DNA of 37,534 nt from a virus, in the IMG/VR virus record IMGVR_UViG_3300012664_000377, positions 1 through 37,534 of that record; one strand, written 5' to 3'. A model generated the notes under the pieces. That model had not been told where the DNA came from. It was given only the letters and a program-made list of their open reading frames with translations, and did no database searches. This document shows, piece after piece, positions 34,222 through 37,534 of the stretch. The translations under genes were made by a program, and so were the position numbers. How positions within the stretch are numbered: position 1 is the first letter of the stretch; the number at the start of each line of letters is the position of its first letter.

Positions 34222-34485
34222 ATGAAAACAATTTATAACGTATATGTTCTAATGACTTCGCAAAAACAATGCGACAGAATGAAACAAGTTTGTGTTGATA
34301 ATGGGTTACCTTATGAAAGAGGCGCTTATGATTTTACATATGATAAAACAAGAAATTTTGAAGACAGAGACGTTTTTAGATTTTCTGAATCATTTAAAAC
34401 TTTTGATGTTTGGCTCTTTGATGAAATATTAAATTTTACCGAAGTAACTGAACAAGAATTTATAAAACTTTTAAAAGAATACTAA
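34222..34485 (+). CDS. hypothetical protein (87 aa), paralogue of 33680..33952
   Basis: See 33680..33952. Confidence 0.65.
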   Translation: MKTIYNVYVLMTSQKQCDRMKQVCVDNGLPYERGAYDFTYDKTRNFEDRDVFRFSESFKTFDVWLFDEILNFTEVTEQEFIKLLKEY

Positions 34486-34488
34486 ACC

Positions 34489-34617
34489 ATGATAACCGAT
34501 AACGAAATATTAGATTTCATAAACAAACCATCGATAAATAGAATTAGTTTAGTAGGAGCAAAATTAAAAGAAGTAGTAATTGAAATATTAACTGATAAAA
34601 AGAGAAATAATGAGTAA
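34489..34617 (+). CDS. hypothetical small protein (42 aa)
   Basis: Hand-translated. Overlaps the next start by 8 nt. Confidence 0.35.
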   Translation: MITDNEILDFINKPSINRISLVGAKLKEVVIEILTDKKRNNE

Positions 34618-34915
34618 TTTTAAAATAGGTGAGAAAGTTGTTTGTATTGGTAATTTTGAAAAAAGACCAAATGAAATTGACCCTATTAAAGGAGAAATTT
34701 ACACCATTAGAGAAATAATACAAAACAGACCAAATGATGGTAAAACTGGATTAAAATTTGAAGAAATAATTAATTTACCACAAAAATATAACGAAGGATT
34801 TTCTGAATGTAACTTTCTTTCTGATAAATTCCGCAAACTCGACCATCAATTTGCAGATAAAATTTGCGCTGAAATTATTGAAAGTTTAAAAGTAGAAGTA
34901 GAACAACTAAATTAA
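34610..34915 (+). CDS. hypothetical protein (101 aa)
   Basis: ORF track. Confidence 0.6.
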   Translation: MSNFKIGEKVVCIGNFEKRPNEIDPIKGEIYTIREIIQNRPNDGKTGLKFEEIINLPQKYNEGFSECNFLSDKFRKLDHQFADKICAEIIESLKVEVEQLN

Positions 34916-34920
34916 ATATT

Positions 34921-35130
34921 ATGCAATCACAAATAAACGAATGGCAAAAAGAGTGCGAAAACTTTCAAACGTGGTTTTCTTCACTCGGTGGAAATATTGC
35001 AAATTATGAGCAAATGTCAGAAGCATTTAGACGTATTGAAGCAAAAAAAGTAAGTGATAATAAACTATTTGAACTACTTGAAAACGATAAAGCTAACGAC
35101 ATCGAAGTAAACGATTTTAAACAATTATAA
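34921..35130 (+). CDS. hypothetical protein (69 aa)
   Basis: ORF track. Confidence 0.6.
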   Translation: MQSQINEWQKECENFQTWFSSLGGNIANYEQMSEAFRRIEAKKVSDNKLFELLENDKANDIEVNDFKQL

Positions 35131-35133
35131 GTT

Positions 35134-35943
35134 ATGGAAACACCAAGTATTGAGCAAGTCAAAAAGCATTTTGAAAATGCGAAATTAGTAAGATTTGATG
35201 ATTATTGTTATGAAGTTGAGGATATAAGTGATTTATTAGGAAATTGTAGTAAAGGAAATAAAGATATTAATGATATTTATACTGAATTTTCAAATAAAGG
35301 CATTAGACATTTACTTTATGAATCAAGCAATAACAAATACGCCGAAATAATATCCTACAAAGAAAAAACATACACTTTAACAGAAACATTCGTTAAAGAA
35401 CTTTGCAAAGAGCCAAATATTAAAGAGGCGTTTGTTAGAGAGGGGATTGTTGAAGAAGAAAAGTTGGAGGTCGGTAAATGGTATAAAAGCAGAGCTAATA
35501 GATTAATATATCGAACTGGAAACTATGATAACTATGGTTTTTGTAGGAATATGATATGGAAAACAGACTTAATGTGCTATGAGCCATCAAATTGGAAATT
35601 AGCCACACCACAAGAAGTAAAAACTGCTTTAATTTCGGAGGCTAAAAAGAGAGGGTTAACTCCTGAAAATTTAAAAAATATTAATTGTGTATCAAAATGG
35701 AATAATGGTGATAAACAAGAATATTATAATGAATTATCTAAATTTAAGTATGAACACTCAACTAATAGTTTATGGTTAGTTGATGGTAGTTATTTATCTA
35801 TTTGCTTATTTCAAAACGGAACTTGGGCTGAAATAATCGAAGAAACCCGCACAATCGAAATCCCTTTAAAAGATATTTTAGCAACTCCGAATGATTTAGA
35901 GTTAGGCGAAATGGTTAGAAAATTAGCAAATCAGAAGTTATGA
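35134..35943 (+). CDS. hypothetical protein (269 aa)
   Basis: ORF track. No motif recognised. Confidence 0.65.
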   Translation: METPSIEQVKKHFENAKLVRFDDYCYEVEDISDLLGNCSKGNKDINDIYTEFSNKGIRHLLYESSNNKYAEIISYKEKTYTLTETFVKELCKEPNIKEAFVREGIVEEEKLEVGKWYKSRANRLIYRTGNYDNYGFCRNMIWKTDLMCYEPSNWKLATPQEVKTALISEAKKRGLTPENLKNINCVSKWNNGDKQEYYNELSKFKYEHSTNSLWLVDGSYLSICLFQNGTWAEIIEETRTIEIPLKDILATPNDLELGEMVRKLANQKL

Positions 35944-36287
35944 GTAAAATGTCAAATGTCGATAAAATAACTACAAGTGTTATGAGTTGTCAAATAGCAT
36001 TAAATCAACTTGAAGCTATTAAATATACTCCTTACTATAAACAATCGCTTAAAAACAAAATAAACGCTATTATACCCGAGTTAATCAAAGCGGAACAAGA
36101 TAATTATGATAAGTTTTTTGAAAGTAATTCAGATAGTACCGACCATGTTTACAAAGTTTTTGAGTTGTTTATTAAAAGAATTTCAGAAGTGCCAATTTAC
36201 GACATGGAAAATATCTGTTATATGATTGATGCATACGATAAAGATGCTAAAAGTATGAACGGAATAACTAATAAAATATTAAGGTAA
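35940..36287 (+). CDS. hypothetical protein (115 aa)
   Basis: ORF track. ATGA-coupled. Confidence 0.6.
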   Translation: MSKMSNVDKITTSVMSCQIALNQLEAIKYTPYYKQSLKNKINAIIPELIKAEQDNYDKFFESNSDSTDHVYKVFELFIKRISEVPIYDMENICYMIDAYDKDAKSMNGITNKILR

Positions 36288-36448
36288 TGGAATTTAAAAT
36301 AGTAGAATATTGGTTACGAAATAAAGAAAATACTTATACCGAAATAGCTGGTTATTTTAAAACAACAGCTTATTATGTACAAACTGCAATAGATAAGTAT
36401 TTAAAAGAACCTTATATTATTCGACAAAGCAAACTTAACAATGACTAA
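36287..36448 (+). CDS. small putative HTH protein (53 aa)
   Basis: Hand-translated. TYTEIAGYFKTTAYYVQTAIDKY looks like a helix-turn-helix. Coupled to the upstream gene by TAATG. Confidence 0.4.
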   Translation: MEFKIVEYWLRNKENTYTEIAGYFKTTAYYVQTAIDKYLKEPYIIRQSKLNND

Positions 36449-36557
36449 AGCCGAAAAAACTCGCATTTGGTACGCTAAAAATAAAGAGCGTAAAAAAGAA
36501 TATAACCGAGAGTATTACAAACGAAAATTAATTTTAAAAATATTGTTTAAAGAATGA
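36441..36557 (+). CDS. hypothetical small basic protein (38 aa)
   Basis: Hand-translated. Overlaps the next gene by ATGA. Confidence 0.3.
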   Translation: MTKAEKTRIWYAKNKERKKEYNREYYKRKLILKILFKE

Positions 36558-36787
36558 AAACATTTCTAACATCATTTATGCAAGTAGGATGCGTAGCTAT
36601 AAATACCTACTTTATAACACAACTCAATTGGATTGGTATATTTATAGCATCGTTTACTATTAGTTTATTGTGGGCGTTCAATGTATCAAAAATTAGTGTA
36701 TCAACAACAAATCAAAAACTTACTTATGCACTTGGTGCTGGATTCGGTGCTATTGTTGGATTAGTTTTAGTAAAAATTATATTATGA
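36554..36787 (+). CDS. membrane protein, about 3 TM (77 aa)
   Basis: Hydrophobic helices throughout. ATGA-coupled to the methyltransferase gene. Confidence 0.6.
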   Translation: MKTFLTSFMQVGCVAINTYFITQLNWIGIFIASFTISLLWAFNVSKISVSTTNQKLTYALGAGFGAIVGLVLVKIIL

Positions 36788-37488
36788 GTTTAATGATTAC
36801 AAATGAGGATAATATGCTATTAATGGCTCGTTATCCTGATAACTATTTTGATTTAGCAATAGTTGATTTAGAATATGGAATAGGAGCAAGCAAACCAAGT
36901 ATTAAACCAAATACTGCAGTTCAAAAAAACGGAAATAAATTAAATATTAAACAGCCAAATTATGTTCCAAAAGATTGGGATTTTAAAAAAAGTGATGAAA
37001 ATTATCTTAATGAATTATTTCGTGTAAGTAAAAACCAAATAATATTTGGAGCTAACTATTATGGATTAGTTGGGGGCATGATTATTTGGGATAAATTGAA
37101 TGGAGAATCAGACCAAATGGATTGTGAAATTGCTTACTGCAGTTTAAATAATCGTTGTGATTTAGTTTATTTTATGTGGGCAGGAATGTTTCAAGGCATT
37201 TATTGCGGAAAAGATGTAAGAAAAGCGTTAACGCAACAAGGTAATAAACAACTAAACGAAAAAAGAATACACCCAACACAAAAACCAGTTGCATTATATA
37301 AATGGCTACTTGACAAATACGCTAAACAAGGCGATAAAATACTCGACACGCATTTAGGAAGCGGAAGTATTGCAATAGCTTGTCACGATTACGGATTTGA
37401 GCTAACTGCTTGTGAATTAGACAAAGAATATTACGACAAAGCAATTGAAAGAATAAAAAATCACGTTTCACAACAGAAGTTATTTTAA
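36784..37488 (+). CDS. DNA methyltransferase (beta-class N6A/N4C family) with a non-canonical motif IV
   Basis: HPTQKP...GDKILDTHLGSGS (AdoMet-binding motif I region) and ELDKEYY are typical of the N6_N4 MTase family. The N-terminal catalytic tetrapeptide position reads DLEY (36865..36876) instead of (D/N/S)PPY. Confidence 0.75.
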   Translation: MSLMITNEDNMLLMARYPDNYFDLAIVDLEYGIGASKPSIKPNTAVQKNGNKLNIKQPNYVPKDWDFKKSDENYLNELFRVSKNQIIFGANYYGLVGGMIIWDKLNGESDQMDCEIAYCSLNNRCDLVYFMWAGMFQGIYCGKDVRKALTQQGNKQLNEKRIHPTQKPVALYKWLLDKYAKQGDKILDTHLGSGSIAIACHDYGFELTACELDKEYYDKAIERIKNHVSQQKLF

Positions 37489-37534
37489 TTCATTCTAAAC
37501 TACACCCACCTATTGCGTAAAACAAAGCAATAGA
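37484..37534. repeat. Terminal direct repeat, copy 2 (identical to 1..51)
   Basis: Exact 51/51 match to the start of the window. Confidence 0.95.
37510..37533 (+). terminator. stem-loop CTATTGC-N10-GCAATAG after the methyltransferase stop (also at 27..50)
   Basis: 7-bp stem. The downstream sequence is ATTAATTTTG (only a weak T tract), and the hairpin overlaps the -33 region of the first promoter. Confidence 0.35.

Noticed and set aside
1-37534. CRISPR arrays, rRNA genes, transposase/IS elements, integrase, DNA polymerase
   Set aside because: I looked for regularly spaced repeats and for the characteristic protein motifs in all ORFs and found none. The only repeats are the short regulatory ones listed and the terminal overlap.

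Overview
The window is one complete, AT-rich tailed-phage genome. The unique unit is 37,483 bp, and the first 51 nt recur exactly as the last 51 nt. All credible genes are on the + strand and tightly packed, with many ATGA/TAATG start-stop overlaps. Modules in order: small early ORFs (84-865). Replication (940-6217): an SSB-like protein, a primase-polymerase/SF3 helicase, an SNF2-type helicase and a VRR-NUC nuclease, with an iteron-rich candidate origin at 1671-2000. Small HTH and unknown ORFs (6377-8559). Packaging and head (8639-13941): terS, terL, portal, prohead protease and an HK97-fold capsid protein. Tail (13941-27790): connector proteins, major tail protein, tape measure, and baseplate/fibre proteins. 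Lysis (27787-29512): several membrane proteins and an M15/LAS-type endolysin. A long run of about 27 small early ORFs (29934-36787). A DNA methyltransferase (36784-37488). I recognised no DNA polymerase, integrase or repressor. Genes lack Shine-Dalgarno sequences, and intergenic regions carry TTTG/TAnnTTTG two-box promoters, which points to a Bacteroidota (Flavobacteriia-like) host. The most striking feature is at 29578-29852: a self-contained RNA gene that reads as a circularly permuted (two-piece) tmRNA. The T-arm and 3' acceptor strand lie upstream of the GGGGGCG 5' acceptor strand, giving a G3-U70 pair, a P2a helix, an E. coli-like resume context and a 15-codon tag frame. Other notable features: SSB-C-terminus-like acidic ...D(I/L)DF tails on both the SSB candidate and the primase-helicase. 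Two paralogous promoter-leader-terminator modules sit in front of the head and tail gene blocks, which resembles antitermination control. A conserved 18-nt box lies upstream of several promoters. An A7 slippery run sits in a 125-nt ORF overlap in the tail module. A lipoprotein with a C-terminal TM helix has a unimolecular-spanin-like architecture. The methyltransferase has DLEY in place of DPPY.
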